A stretch of DNA of 64,000 bases from Nemertoderma westbladi (lineage: Eukaryota > Animalia > Xenacoelomorpha), in contig JAUCBJ010004814.1 of assembly GCA_032718475.1 (NCBI GenBank), positions 9,498 to 73,497 of the forward strand, read 5' to 3'. This document shows positions 24,134 through 37,173 of this stretch, one piece after another. A model generated the notes under the pieces. The model saw only the letters and a program-made list of their open reading frames with translations. It did no database searches and was not told the DNA's origin. Both the position numbers and the translations under genes were made by a program. Position 1 is the first letter of the stretch. Each line of letters begins with the position of its first letter.

Positions 24134-26265
24134 ATGTATGACACAAAGCAAAACCTGTCAGACAGTCTCTTAGATACAACCATCTGTGACCCAGACAGGA
24201 GTGTTGAACGTGTGAGACCGAAGTTCAATTCACCTCCTACTGTAAGAAAGATCATCCCTCCAGTAGTAGTATCAGACCCTAGGCTAGTCCAACACCGTAG
24301 GTCTATCATAGGCACTCGAGCTCAGGTCAAGCGGGACCAAGAAGCAGCGGAACAGCAGCAACACTCGAGCCGAGAACTTATTTCTCAGCGGCCCGACAGC
24401 TCCAGTAGTGCGGATACTGTAGAGCTGACACCAGAGCGCGGAGCAAAGATGGCAGATGCGGTTTATTCGGATCCCCTTCTCATCCTTCCTGCAGCCGTAC
24501 TCACTAGGGTATTGATTGCAGTGGAGGAACACCAGATTGATTGGGCGAGAAGTAAGCGATCGACCAAGGATATGCGGGATACACAAGGGAGGAACTGAAG
24601 TCTATTGTCGAGTCGCAATGGAACTTCCCCGGACCCGGACTCCCGTTTGACTTATCGGAAGCTGCCTGGGAAGACATACACCGGATGGGAGTGACAAAAG
24701 ACACCAGCGATCCAACTGTATGGAAGAGGTCGGCAGCAGGATACGTACAGGGATTCTTCAGCTCTATGGAGCGATTAGAGGAACAACTGTTTAGACAACC
24801 CCAAGGACCTCAAGAGCTTATCAAGTTAGAGAAAGAATTCTAAGAATCAGACTAATCTTATCGGCCTTCGAGGAAGCTTCAAAAAGAAGACAAGACACGT
24901 CGTTGCAAGTTGCCGTAAAGACTTGGTTTCAATGGGTGAGTCTCCAGGTTCAAGGAACGGCCCAGTGGAAAGCTCAGCTGGCTGAGCGCTCAACCCATGG
25001 AGAATCAACATACGCTACCTTTTCCCAAGTGGAAAGCGAAGCGACAGCAGAGAAACCGCATAAGAGGGATGCTATTGACATCTATCTGTCAGACTATCAA
25101 CGATTTGTAGGTGACAAAGAGTTGAGGAGACGGCTGGATGGACTTCGCCCTAATAGTGAAGGAGCCAAGTTTGTTCTGGACACAATAGATGCGGAAATGT
25201 TAGCTGCGAACCAAGCTAAATTTGATGAAAGCAGCCGCATCGCTGGGTCCATGAAGAACAAGTAAAGAAAAAACGTATAGAAGACACGTTCGTGGGGACT
25301 TTGCGCAGCACGTAGTTGGCAAGCCTTGGCATACGGTTCATATAGAGCAAATGGGGCATGTCTAGTTTGGACCCCATATCCCATGCTATAAATGTATTCA
25401 TTCGATATACAATCATATGTTAATCCGCTAGGTGGTGTCAAATTGTTATTCTGCAATTTCGTACTTACCAGTGCAGCACTGTACAGCAGTACCGTACCGG
25501 TAGGCCTATGTCATTACTTCTGAGTCTCTAGCGGATCCCCAATTAAATGTCTTAACTTTTCAATTTCGTAAAAGATAGACTTCATGATTCTCTACAGGCC
25601 ACCAAAATTTCAGCTCAGGAAAATGAGGCCTTCCCGAGAAATTTAACATTTTCTAAAAACCACATAATCTGTCGTAGCTGACGTCAGACTGCATGATTTT
25701 TGAACAAACTTTACAAACTTTCTAAACTTTCACTCTACTACTTACCTACTAAGTTTGGTTCAATTCCGAACGAGCGATGCCGAGAAATTCGCGTTCAAAC
25801 ATTTACCATACAGACGGACGGACAGACAGACAGACAGACGGACATGCCCCATTTGCCCTATATGAACCGTATGCAAAGGCTCGCCGACTACGTGTCTCGC
25901 CCCACAGAAAGACAGCAGCAGCGGCAATGGCAGCGGCAGAAGCGGAAAGAAAGGCGGCAGAGGCAGTGGCAGAGGCAAAAGCGGCAGCTGCAGCAATAAA
26001 AGCGGCAGCGGCAGAGGCAAAAGCGGCAGCAGCAGAGGCAAAAGCGGCAGCTGCGGCAGTAGAAGCGGAAAGAAAAGCGGCAGCGGCAGAGGCAAAAGCG
26101 GCAGTTGCAGCAGTAGAAGCGGAAAGTAAAGCGGCAGCGGCAGCGGCAGAGGCAAAAGCGGCAGCGGCAGAAGCGGAAAGAAAGATAGCAGTGGCAGAAG
26201 CAGAACGAAGAGCATCTGAAGAGACCACCCAACTAGAGTTACCCAAAGAGGTGAGGTCTCTATAG
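24134..26265 (+). pseudogene. extra ORF upstream of gag in element C, unknown protein with Ala/Glu/Lys-rich tail, disrupted by frameshifts and a HINE insertion
   Basis: ORFs 24134-24598, 24903-25265 and 25777-26265 are colinear; removing about 25257-25907 plausibly joins ...GSMK to KTAAAA... Confidence 0.6.
25257..25907 (+). mobile_element. Helentron-associated (HINE/DINE-1-like) non-autonomous element
   Basis: Starts AACAAG; subterminal inverted repeats 25309-25362 / 25841-25894; (GACA/GACG)n microsatellite at about 25810-25845. Confidence 0.7.
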
Positions 26266-27492
26266 GGGTGACTCTAACAGGCGGTGGCGGACTCGTGAGG
26301 GTCTGGGGGCACGTTAAATTGTTGGTATAGTGCAGGGGAGTTACTGAAGGCCCTCGTGTCTAGCGAACCATGAATCAACATGGTGCCGTGGTACCGTCTA
26401 GTCGGCCTGTTGCCGTACTGCCAGTCCTGTACACAGTAGGGGTGGTGGCTTAGTGTGATCTGTGGTTTATGCGGTCTATGTGGTAGGTCTATGTTTGGTA
26501 TGTATGAGTTGACCAGACTCTTTGCTGTCTCCAATCGGTTGCCGAAACGTGTCTTTTCCCAGGGTAGCACTATTGGAATGGAGGTGTTGCATCGGAATGG
26601 GCAGGATTCTGATGATTCTGTTGGTACTACTATTGGAATGGAGGTAGCACCCGGAATATCCGCTGCAAGGAGGGGATGGTGGTAGTGTGGTCCGAGTGAA
26701 TGATACTCTGGAATCTGTGGTTTGTGTGTGGACGATCAGTGGCAGTTTGCTTGAGCTTTCTGTTGCTGTGGGTACGTGGTATACGTGAGTGTATGTATGG
26801 CCACTGCGAGTGAGTATGGGAACCCTTGCCGGTTGGTCTAGACGCCGCTGGTATTAGTAGGACCCTATCTTTACAGCGCCCCAGCATACTTTGTGCACAC
26901 AAAGTTATTTTGCCCTGACGGCAAAATAAGGTACTCTCGGCTCTTTTAACAGTCGATACAATTTAGTCCCCTCTGATTTTGTCCCCGATTTTGTCTTTCC
27001 CGATTATGTCCTCTGTGTGTGCATGGTATGTGTCAGATTTTGTGTTTACCATAGTGTACTTGATATTTTGAACATCTATTGAGTACACGTGTACAGTGAC
27101 TGGTAAGTGGTTACTTGTTCCTAGCTTTCGAGCTAGTCAGTATTGTTTGCGGAACCGATTTCCCCTCAATACTGCCAGTGAGGCGGGTGAAAACGTGTCA
27201 AAATTCCATGTTGGGTAGCGCAAGCCCACTTGGGACAAGACCGTCGGTTTGGCTCAAGGGCGACCTTGATGCTCGATCGCTATCGACTGGTCCACCCGCC
27301 TGTTGACTCTCTGAGTTGGCTCAATGTACAGTCAGGCCACAGTAAGATGACAGTAGGTGAACTTTGTGCTATTCGGCTACACACGACGAGCTGTGCCGGT
27401 GTGATCGGGGGATTGAAAATTGAACCCGGGAAGCATCGGGCTACCCTCCGGCCCGGTCTGATAAAAACGGAGTCGGACTGGCCCCAAGGGTA

Positions 27493-29860
27493 GTGGAAAA
27501 GCGTCCTCCTCGTGGGTGCGCCTCGGGGAGGAGCCCAGAAGGACATAAGTGGGAAAATCTGCAAGAGAAGCAAGACTACATAGATAAACAGAGAACAGCT
27601 ACTCAGTGGCAGCTGATAAGTCGATCCACTCCCAAACGACAGGGATTTACATCCTCTGATGAAGGCGATACCACCGATCCTGAAGGCGGAGGAAATAGAT
27701 CTCGTCTAAGTAGGCGTAGAAGAATGTCCCACCGTCAGAAATTGCCTGATTTGCCCCCAGCTGTTAGAAGGCAACTAACTAACACAGACTTAGGTAGTAT
27801 AGAACCCATAGACCAAATAATTAAAATAGAAAGACTCCCTACTATAGTAGATGAGCCTGAAATAATTAGGCCTGTTCTCGAAGCCACCCCTTCGGTGATA
27901 GAGACACCTGTACTCCCAGAACCTACCTCTAAATTCCCTTTGCACAGTACTAAACTACCTGTGCCCAGTAGGACTGTTCCCGAGTCCAAACCCGTCCTGG
28001 ACGCCGAGCAAGACATCAAGAATTTATCGCCCGTCGTCTCTCATCTGCCCACTACTACGTTGGCGTCTCCCACTTCAGCAGTCGAGTGGGTGGATGAGGG
28101 GCGGCAAGGGATGAATCTCCTGCTCGGGCAGATGCAGGAGACTGTTCAACAGTTTAAGGGAACAGTAAGGGAAAGTAGGTTAGAGTTGCAAGAAGTGCAG
28201 CAAAGTATCGCGTTAGAACGCGATAAATTAGTAAATACACAAAAGGGTATACCACCACCCCCTATAACAATGTGTCAACCTGTTAGGCCTGAAGTATTTC
28301 ATGCGCAAGGTGTGGAGCTTACACGCATCTATACTGCTAGTGAAGTAGAAACTCCTATAGTAAACCCTATTAAGGGTAATTATAAACCTGTTGACAATGA
28401 TATTCCATATAGACTTGATAATAATCCAAGAAATTTATATACCGATAACTCGATATTAAATAACACGATGGCCCAAGAAAGTTTTACGCATCAAATGGCT
28501 AGAACCGAAGCCCGTCAAGCGGTAAAGGTGGGAGAGATCGTCAAGTTCAATGGAGATGAGATGAAATGGTTACCTTTTAATGAATATTATAAAGATAACA
28601 TACAGAACTCTGTGCTATCTAACGGAGAGAAACTTAGATTCCTCATCGAGTGCTTGGAAGGATCTCCCAAGTTAATGGCGTTAAAGTTTATTGGACATCC
28701 AGATGGATTAAGACAAGTTTGGGATACACTAAACATCAGGTATGGTAATAGGACTAACATAGCTAGGTATTTATATGCGAAATTAATGGTGCCCCGAAAG
28801 TTTCTTAGCAGCGGGATTATAGAGTTTTACAACGAGATTCAAGAGATCTGTAGACAACTAGATTGGTTAGGTAAGTCTCATGAATACCAAAATTCTATGG
28901 TTGTAGGACCCTTAGCGTCAACTTTGCCAAAGGGTGGAGTAGGTACACGCTGGGACAAGAAAGTGTTATATATGATGGAACAACAACGAAGAGAGCCTAC
29001 CATGGCTGATCTCATGTCATTCTTAGATGGAGAGGTAAAATTACAGCTCCTAAAGCAGTCCAGAGAGAAGTCGCCGGAAAATAAGGTAAGTGTGAAAACC
29101 GTTTCTAGGAGAAAGGTAAAACCAGTGTGCTATACAGACGACGGCGAAAGCCAGGCTTCTCGAGAGGAAGACAGCAGGAAAGACACGGAAAGATCTTACT
29201 ATGACAACAAAGCGCCTAAGTAAATTCAAGTCTCGAACCAATGACAGGAGAGAACAGGTAAGAAAAACTCCTCCTACGTCTCCTAAGAGAATTCATGGAA
29301 GAAAGCCCGAGGAAAGAACGAGTGTGCACAACGTTACCCAAAGTAAGGTAAGTAACATCAAACCAAAATGTTTGCTGTGCGACGGGCCGCACCGTTTAAG
29401 TGCGTGTGATGAATTCCTGAGGAAATCACTAAAGGATAGACGTGAAGTCATGTGGGATAAGCGGTTGTGTTATAATTGCCTCAGACGAGGACACCAACAG
29501 CGAACCTGTTACTCCGACGCAAGGTGTGCAAAGTGCGGCGCAAAACATCATATCTTGTTGCACAGTGAATTCGAACGAAACAGCCCGAGTCAGGTAAGTG
29601 AGTCCGAACTACATGTCCAATTCAGTGATGTGAACGACACTGACCAAAGTTCTGAGATGGAAGGATTCTATACGGACGAATTCTCCGATGAAAACGAATC
29701 CTGTTACCTGATAAATACCGCAGTGTATCGAGCACTTATGTATGAAAAGGACACCGACAGTGAGCTCCCCCTAACTACTTCTGTCCGACAACCATCTTGG
29801 AAAGCACCAACTTCCAATGTAGGATTTTCCCGTAGTGCAGTTGAGGGTCCACGGACCTGA
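27493..29860 (+). pseudogene. gag: gag of element C (DUF1759-like capsid plus three zinc knuckles), frameshifted near 29210
   Basis: KFNGD...EKLRFL..CLEG...L..RYG; CLLCDGPHRLSAC, CYNCLRRGHQQRTC, CAKCGAKHHILLH. Confidence 0.92.
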
Positions 29861-31010
29861 AAGGAGTTATATAGTGAACGCCCTCCTTGACTCCGGTAGC
29901 ACAGGAAAATTCATCGACAAAGAACTAGCCGAAGACATCTTTGCTGGACAACCCAAGTTCCGAACTAAGTTAAACATGTCAGGAATTATGCAGGTTTGGA
30001 AATCTACAGTAATAGCAGATTATTATGTAGGTGCGTTGTCCACCCCCCAGGATGAACTAGCAGAACACAGTATAAGGTCAGTAAAGATGGTGGCGATAAA
30101 GAACTTCGCTACCAGCCAAGTAGAACCTTATAACTGGGATGAGGACGATTTCACCCAGCAGCTTAAGATACCTAGATTCAACACAGACTACCCTGGAGTG
30201 CAAATACTCATCGGCCAAAATGCGCATGAAGCGCTTGAGACATTGGAGAAACGGCCTGCTCAACCGCAACCACTACAAGCCTATGCGGGAAGAACTAGAG
30301 TAGGTTGGTACTTTACTGGCCCTTCCCGTAGAACTCTCATGGAAAGGTTACCCAAAGAACGGTTCTACCAAGTAAGTGAATGGGAAGCGGAGAGCAGTGA
30401 GGTGGACGACCCAACTGAGGGAACACCATACTCCTCAGATAATGACGAAATTAACTCCAATATAGATCAATGGAGACATTGCCCCGAGACGATTAATCTA
30501 GTCGACATCGCTTCCAGAGGAGCAACTCCTCAAGAACTGACAGATACTCCAGACTGGTTAGGTGGACCCGACTTCCTAAGTAAAGAAGATGAATGGCCTC
30601 CCCATCGTACCACGGCTGAGATTAGACAAGCCAAGGGAGCGGAGAAAGTCAAACCTAAAACCCGGACGAGTAAATCAAGGTTATTTAAACCCGTGATAGA
30701 TCTGTCTGTACTACACATTGCCAGGGACGACGCTGTGGATCTAAACTCCCCCACCGCGATCCGATCTGTTGTGGAGATCAGAGAGAGAGACTGGAGATCT
30801 GGAACACCAGATGTCTCGCCGGGACTCTCACCTCTCCTGCCGGGAGCGATGGACCACTATAGATCCTGGAATCGGCTTTGTAAGGCCGTCGTGTATTTGA
30901 AGCGATGTTTCTATCGTCACTATTCCAGGACGAAGAGGAAACCTGGAATTGTATTCGAAACATAGCAGCTCAATCGCCCAGTTGGTCGTTTATGTTTACT
31001 GGAAAGAGAA
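29835..31010 (+). pseudogene. pol: internally deleted pol: protease, RNase H tail, last residues of integrase region
   Basis: ALLDSGS, ILIG, TRVGW..TGP, then directly QWRHCP..NLVDIASRG..WLGGPDFL; RPVGRLCLLE at about 30975; no YVDD RT or integrase core. Confidence 0.88.
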
Positions 31011-32741
31011 CTCTCCGGAAACTATGGAAGGCAAGATACTCTTCCCACGACCACCTCCCTAATCCAACAAACATCTAGGGACTCCCCAACGTAACAGCGT
31101 CTGGAGTGGGTGTGTGACTATATTATTTTATATTTGTTTTTATTATTTTATATTTATGTATGTATTATTATGTAATTTTATTATAATCGTTTTCTTTAAT
31201 TTTATTTAGTAGAATGTTATTTTAGCAATTATCTAGTAGATTAGTGCAATATATATTCGCGTTTATTACTTAATTACTTATATATTATATATTTAGTGCG
31301 ACGGCGAGAAATAATTCTTTTTCTCTTTCCTTACTGTCCGTATCATATTATAAATACGTGACTACAGTAAGATGAAATGTCCGTACTTATTAAAGTACAA
31401 TAAAGCTCCTACTATATTCAAGTATTATTAGTAAGTAGAGTATTAGGAATGCAAAGTTCAGATCCTCGTGTCTCGGCTAAACCAATCTCTGGGTAGACCT
31501 TGGAAACGACTTGCCTCTTCTCACTGACATTGCTTCTTGCGATATTGCTCTCATACCGTATATTAAATAATACATATAGTAGCGTGATGTCCCTTTAACA
31601 GTAGCGTAAAACACAAAAATAAATCTGTTGAACCCTTTGACCATCTGTAATTCTAGTCGATTAAGATATCGCGGCACCCACCGATATACTTGAAAGACAA
31701 AATTCTAGAATCAGTGGTTAATGTCCCCAGACATGTTCTGGAATAAACCGGTGCCCATCTTAAATATTAATTATTAATATTTATAAAATCTGTCAAATTT
31801 TATATCCTTTAAAATTCTAGTCTATTAAGATATCGTAGCACTTACCGATATTCTTAAAAAGACCATTTTCCTAGAATCAAGGATCCCAGTCCCCAGACAT
31901 GTTCTGGAATAAAATTGTGTCTATTTTAATATTAAATGATAAAATTTACGGGAATAAATTTAAATTCATATCTTTTAATGAATTTGATAAATTGTCATTT
32001 TTATGCAATTTATAACATTCCCAAAATTCCATTAATTAAGAGATCATGGGAGCGGAGATTCACCTTATTAAGTGTATTAGTGTGCGAGAATCTCCAATAT
32101 ATAGTCAATAGCCGATAAAATTCATAAAATCATGTATAAAGAGGAATATTGACAATTAAAGAATTACTATTAAATAGCATCCCAGATCTGTATGCATGAG
32201 AATTACCCTAATTCTACTGCTAGCTTTCCATAATGTCACCATGGCAACAACCACGCTAGAATTAGAAGTGAGTTAAAAGAACAATAAAGGCTTGCCCTAT
32301 TGAATAGCATAAAGAATAAATAGCACACTGCTAGTATCCAAAGATACCCAATAATAACGTGACATTCTGGAAGGCACTTGACTAACGTACAAATCAAATG
32401 GCCCGAATGTGTGCGGTTTGTGACAGTTATGTGGAATTTGTGTGTTTATAGGTGGATGTTACTACTAAAGTGTGTTTATGGTAGCGAGTCGCAATTGTGA
32501 AAGTAGCCCTAACTCTCCAGTAAGAACCTGAAGTAAATCTAAGCCTTTGGGACGGACGGTGGAGTGACTCGCGCTGGTTGTTGTGGTCGTTGTGCAGCTA
32601 CTACATTGGCGATAGGCACATCGGCGAAAGTACACCAGCGCTGAGGATCTTGCGCTGTCCGGGGGCCGAGAGGGGTAGGCAGCGACGCCTGCTAGCCTAA
32701 TTATAAACTCATTATGATATTGATAAACTCATATAGCAGCT

Positions 32742-34248
32742 ATGACTGAGTTGATAGAAGATGATCTTGGTATCAGGGAGCGATATACTCTACCTTTACA
32801 AGCGTTTGTCGATAGCTTGATACGCGGCGATGCTAGTCCAACTACTACGGAGGACGATGGTCGTTATATCGAACCGCCAATGTCCCAGGAGCAACTTACG
32901 CGTGAATTGGACTATAGAAAATTCACCGCTCGCTATACGCATCGTAATGGTACGTATATGGACTTCTTAACTACTGGCCATCCTATCGATTTACACGATA
33001 CGGATGATGTAGACACCGAAAGGGAAATGGTTTTATTTAAATATCATACCCAGCGGAGTCGGAACGATAAACCAAGAATCGAATGTGAAAATTCTATTCA
33101 AAATCGAATCGAAAGAGAAGACGTTAAAGAACCGGATAAACGCGGTAACTCCAACGTATATTTGGAATTCTTGAGAGAAACATTGTAAAACCGAATAAAT
33201 ATCACCCGCGTTTCCCCTACAAGACGTGCGTCTTTGGTATTATTGCAATGAATGCCCAAGACCCAACCAACAAATGGAAAGACATAAACATCCGTAGAGA
33301 CGTTGCTTTAAACACGGTTTTACTCGCTATATTTACGGGAGTTTCGAGCGAAACTTGTTCGATGTATCACCTACGCTCATTCGATTCAAACGATCCTTAA
33401 ATAAACCTATGATCAGAGTTCCGGAATACTCGGTCAGACCTCCTCATTCCCTAGTTAGACTTCAGACTCTTGATCCTAATAGTGTTACCCGAACAATTAG
33501 TCGGTGGCACTCCGGTTGTGGGCTTCCTCAATATTCGCCCATCTTACCTAGCCGGATTGGGACGCGGACATCTAATATCATCATTCAACCGTATCATCGT
33601 ACCGGTTTAACCCGATACAACCTGTCACCAAGGCGGAGGAGAGAGTTGTACGAAACGTGTTGGACACTATTCTTCAAAAGATCGGAAAAGGAACCTACAA
33701 TTGTTTAGAGAAACGTAAATTGCAGCAACAAGTCCAAGCGGTAAACGAATTAGCTTTATCTCAGTTCGATCAGGAAATCCAGAATCTCTAAGAAGATATC
33801 GAACTTGGACGGCTCTACTTTCTGCAAGCGTTTGGACAAATGTTTTCAACGACAAGCGGAGGAAAATCAGCTCGAGGAGAAGCATATCGATTCCGATAGA
33901 GCCCGAGAACGCGAGTTGGAAAGAATCATCAAACCGAGGAAATTTCTCACTATACACGGTCCACCTACCGCTATCGTTCAGACGACCCGTCAGGGACCAG
34001 TAAGAGCTGCTGTCTCAAAACGCGCTCTCAAGGTTGTTCGACCTCGTTCCACTGAGGTTGATACCGATCAACCAGGTACCTCGACTGGCGGATACACCGA
34101 CCGTAACCCTAAACCTTCTGATGCAATTGTATTGCACCCTTCACCCAAGGGTTATAGCCCTCCTAGTAAAGTGGCTCGCCCCAAAGAGAAAAGGACTCTT
34201 GCTAGCCTCAAAAAACTGCGTAAACGCCGTCCGCGCAAGAAAAACTAA
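32742..34248 (+). pseudogene. accessory ORF(s) between pol and 3' LTR of element C, unknown function
   Basis: Three colinear ORFs 32742-33188, 33355-33708, 33805-34248; basic C-terminus KKLRKRRPRKKN. Confidence 0.55.
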
Positions 34249-34326
34249 CTGTTTAGAGTATTTTTATATTTTAGAAACTGTGATTTTTTATATTTTATAG
34301 AATTAAATCCCATTTTCTGGGAGTGG

Positions 34327-35522
34327 TGTAAAGGCTTTTGCGGAATTAGCTGGTTATTTTCCCCGCAAAGTACTCTGTAGTTGTTTTAACGGACATAAAA
34401 AGCCGTTTCCTTACTGTACCGGTGTTTTAGTGGACATAAAAGCCATTTCTTCTGTATGTGTACTTTAGCGGACATAACTAGCGATTTTATGTCGCAATAA
34501 GCCAAATACTCTAAACATCGGAACTCCGATGACGACATCTATCAGCTGTGTCCACGTGTAACTTTTCTTTGTTCTTTGTTCGTTCTTTGTTCGGTCGACC
34601 AATCAGAGCGGTTTTCACTCTGTGTTGGAGATTGTATACAGAAACTTATGCAATTCAGTCAGTGTGTGTATCTTTCTAAGCCCATAACACCAGCTTAGGA
34701 TTTTTCTGTACTTCTGTGGAAGTTTCAGACTTTAGCAAAACATTAGTAGGCTTTGGTCATAGAAACGTATAACTGTTATCAAACCACACTGCACCACATA
34801 TCCTAATCCTATCAATGCAAATCATATTGTCAACTATAAACACCGCATTTTTACTGCTATTTACTGTCGGTTATTAATTATATCAGTTGATGGAATATTG
34901 TTATATTTGGATAATATTGATAAATAATCATAAAACCCCCAATCTTCTTGATATACTGAAGGTAAGAGACCGGTTACATATAACAATTGCGACTTACATT
35001 AAAGTGGTTTTGGAGTGAATCTAATGCTATTTCATAGGCACTACATGAGTCGGTTGCTGTTCTCTTTATATGTGACTAAAATTAGTGAAGGTCGGCAGAT
35101 CGGTGTGCAGCATTGTGCGGTAGTGTGCATGATTGTGACTGATAACAAAGCATCTCCTAAAGAATGCGCTTTATACGTGAACCAATAGCCATCCCGTTGT
35201 GTCTAGTGTAAGTCATAACTCTGTTTACATACTTAGAGCGCCACGTCCTAAAGGAACTTTTAATATCTCCCGAAAGTGAATAATATTGGTCAAAGATTAT
35301 ATATTAACAATCAGTCGAATAATACAGTAGGCCTACACCGCAATAAGGTCAAAGCTTCCGAATCCAGTCTCCCGGGTATATCCAGCGGGTGAATGGTCGC
35401 GCATAGACTGGCTTCGGCTAATGTAGTGTATCAAATACTCGTCATAGGCTAAAGTCGATTTATAATCTAGAAGACATCTAAATTTGGCAGGTTAAACTGC
35501 TAAAGGTCTGAAAGCGCGAACA
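34327..35522 (+). repeat. 3' LTR of element C (1196 bp)
   Basis: Direct repeat of 19058-20238, preceded by GGGAGTGG. Confidence 0.97.
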
Positions 35523-35769
35523 GGCATCTCTCTCCAGCAGGCTATGTATATTTTCTTGGTACTTTAGTATGCGATATTATATTGGTAATATCGCATATCC
35601 AATCATGATTCGTAAATCATGCGAATTGGAGTGCGCTCCAAATCCACGGAAATTCAATCTAATACTGGATGTGGGGTGGAATTTTTTTCTTGGGGCAAGT
35701 TTTGCGGACTGGCCCGCCCTCTGGGTCTGTTCTCACTATCCACCCTTGGTACATCTGCGAGCTAAGTTG

Positions 35770-36504
35770 TACTGAGGTATCTGGCATCTCTGTTTAGACT
35801 ATCTCCCTTCTTCCTCTCTCGATTTTCTTTTGGGTATTATTGTCCAATCTCTTCACTACCTCGCTTCTTTAGTCCCATAGGACTCATCCACTGCTCAGCT
35901 CTCCACCCTACACATGAATCTTGCGCCCTTCAACTTTCCCCAAACTCTCGCACATCCTCACCATATTCTTCTCATACTCAACTCAACCCCATATTATTCT
36001 CACACTCTACACTCCTGTCAGGTCTCACATATGTGTACACCATGTAATTGAGTCCCGTGATTGTCTCATCCTCTTGTTTCAATCAATTAGTCCCCAGTCC
36101 CAGTAGCTAATTGGAAAAGGTTATATCTGACTATAGTACATATGTGGTGGTTTTACGCTACGATTGAATACTTTATATCTTATTTATATTGTTTATAATT
36201 AGGGCGGGAATATTTTACTTTAGTCTACAATTCCGGCGCTGCCTTCCAGGCATCCTGATACTTTCTCGTCATTAAATGATGTCAGCGAACCACATCCTGA
36301 GTGTCAGTCTAGGATTTTATCCCGTCCTTCCAGTTCATCGTAGTTCATCTCTTTTATCCTTGTCCTGGCTTGGATGCTCCCTGCCATCCCATTTGTTCTT
36401 AGTTGCGGATGTATGGCTTTACTAATCCCTATTATCTGTTCCCTGAGCATGGTTGTTACCGTCTCTTGATAACTCTTCGCTGGTGGTCCCATCAAGTGTC
36501 CCTC
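35770..36504 (-). mobile_element. 3' internal fragment of a relative of element B
   Basis: Shares tccccagtcccagtagcta, gccttccaggcatcc and ggtgg.ccc...ccctc with 37430-38115. Confidence 0.65.
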
Positions 36505-37173
36505 TGTGATGGGATCAAGGATCCCGACTGGACTGTTATAGTACGCGTCACCGTTCCTGCTTGGGGATCGTGCTAATCAGCTTTGGCCGAGGCTGTAGGG
36601 GAAAAACAATAAGAGTTTGCTGTCGTCTTTCGGTATTAATAAATACATGCGGTGATAGCACAATGTTAATAGTAAAGCAGAAATACAGATAATATTGACT
36701 GATGAATAGTTTCCAGTATGGCGGTGTCGTCCAATAACTATAACCGATCTGTCCTAAACTGAATAACACAACTGATGCACTAATCTAACAACCTGAGATA
36801 ATATATGATTGATACATTGAATATTGCTTCACCTCTTACACTACTTTGGCATTCTACCCAATGGATGCTTTCCTGTTCCCTATCACGTGCTTCCCTTCCC
36901 TCTATTGGCTAACATACTACTTGCCACCTTGGCGCTCTCTGGGAGTGTTTCCCCTCCGCTGCTAGCCTCTACTAGCCATATTCCCTCCGAGGTGGTTTGA
37001 CCTCTAACCTCTCTTTCTATGTGGCTTCGGGGCTTGTGTTGCCCCCCCCCCCCCCCCCAATGTTGATTATGATACGAGATTGATATTGGTAATCTCGTAT
37101 CTCCAACATATTGCTGAAAATGCCACTAGTCACATTTTCTGGTGGGTAATGAAGTGAAATGAATCTGCTTACA
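36505..37173 (-). repeat. 3' LTR of element B
   Basis: TGT...ACA; preceded on minus strand by a G-run plus AG (polypurine tract). Confidence 0.88.

Larger units (their letters stand above)
19058..35522 (+). mobile_element. BEL/Pao LTR retrotransposon, element C (16.5 kb, non-autonomous, extra ORFs)
   Basis: LTR pair 19058-20238 / 34327-35522; TSD GGCAT at 19053-19057 and 35523-35527; BEL gag, three knuckles, protease; purine-rich tract before 3' LTR. Confidence 0.96.

Noticed and set aside
25760-26246. Leu/Pro-, Cys/Arg- and Ala/Ser-rich minus-strand ORFs
   Set aside because: Shadow frames of the GCGGCA-rich repeat encoding the A/E/K tail on the plus strand.
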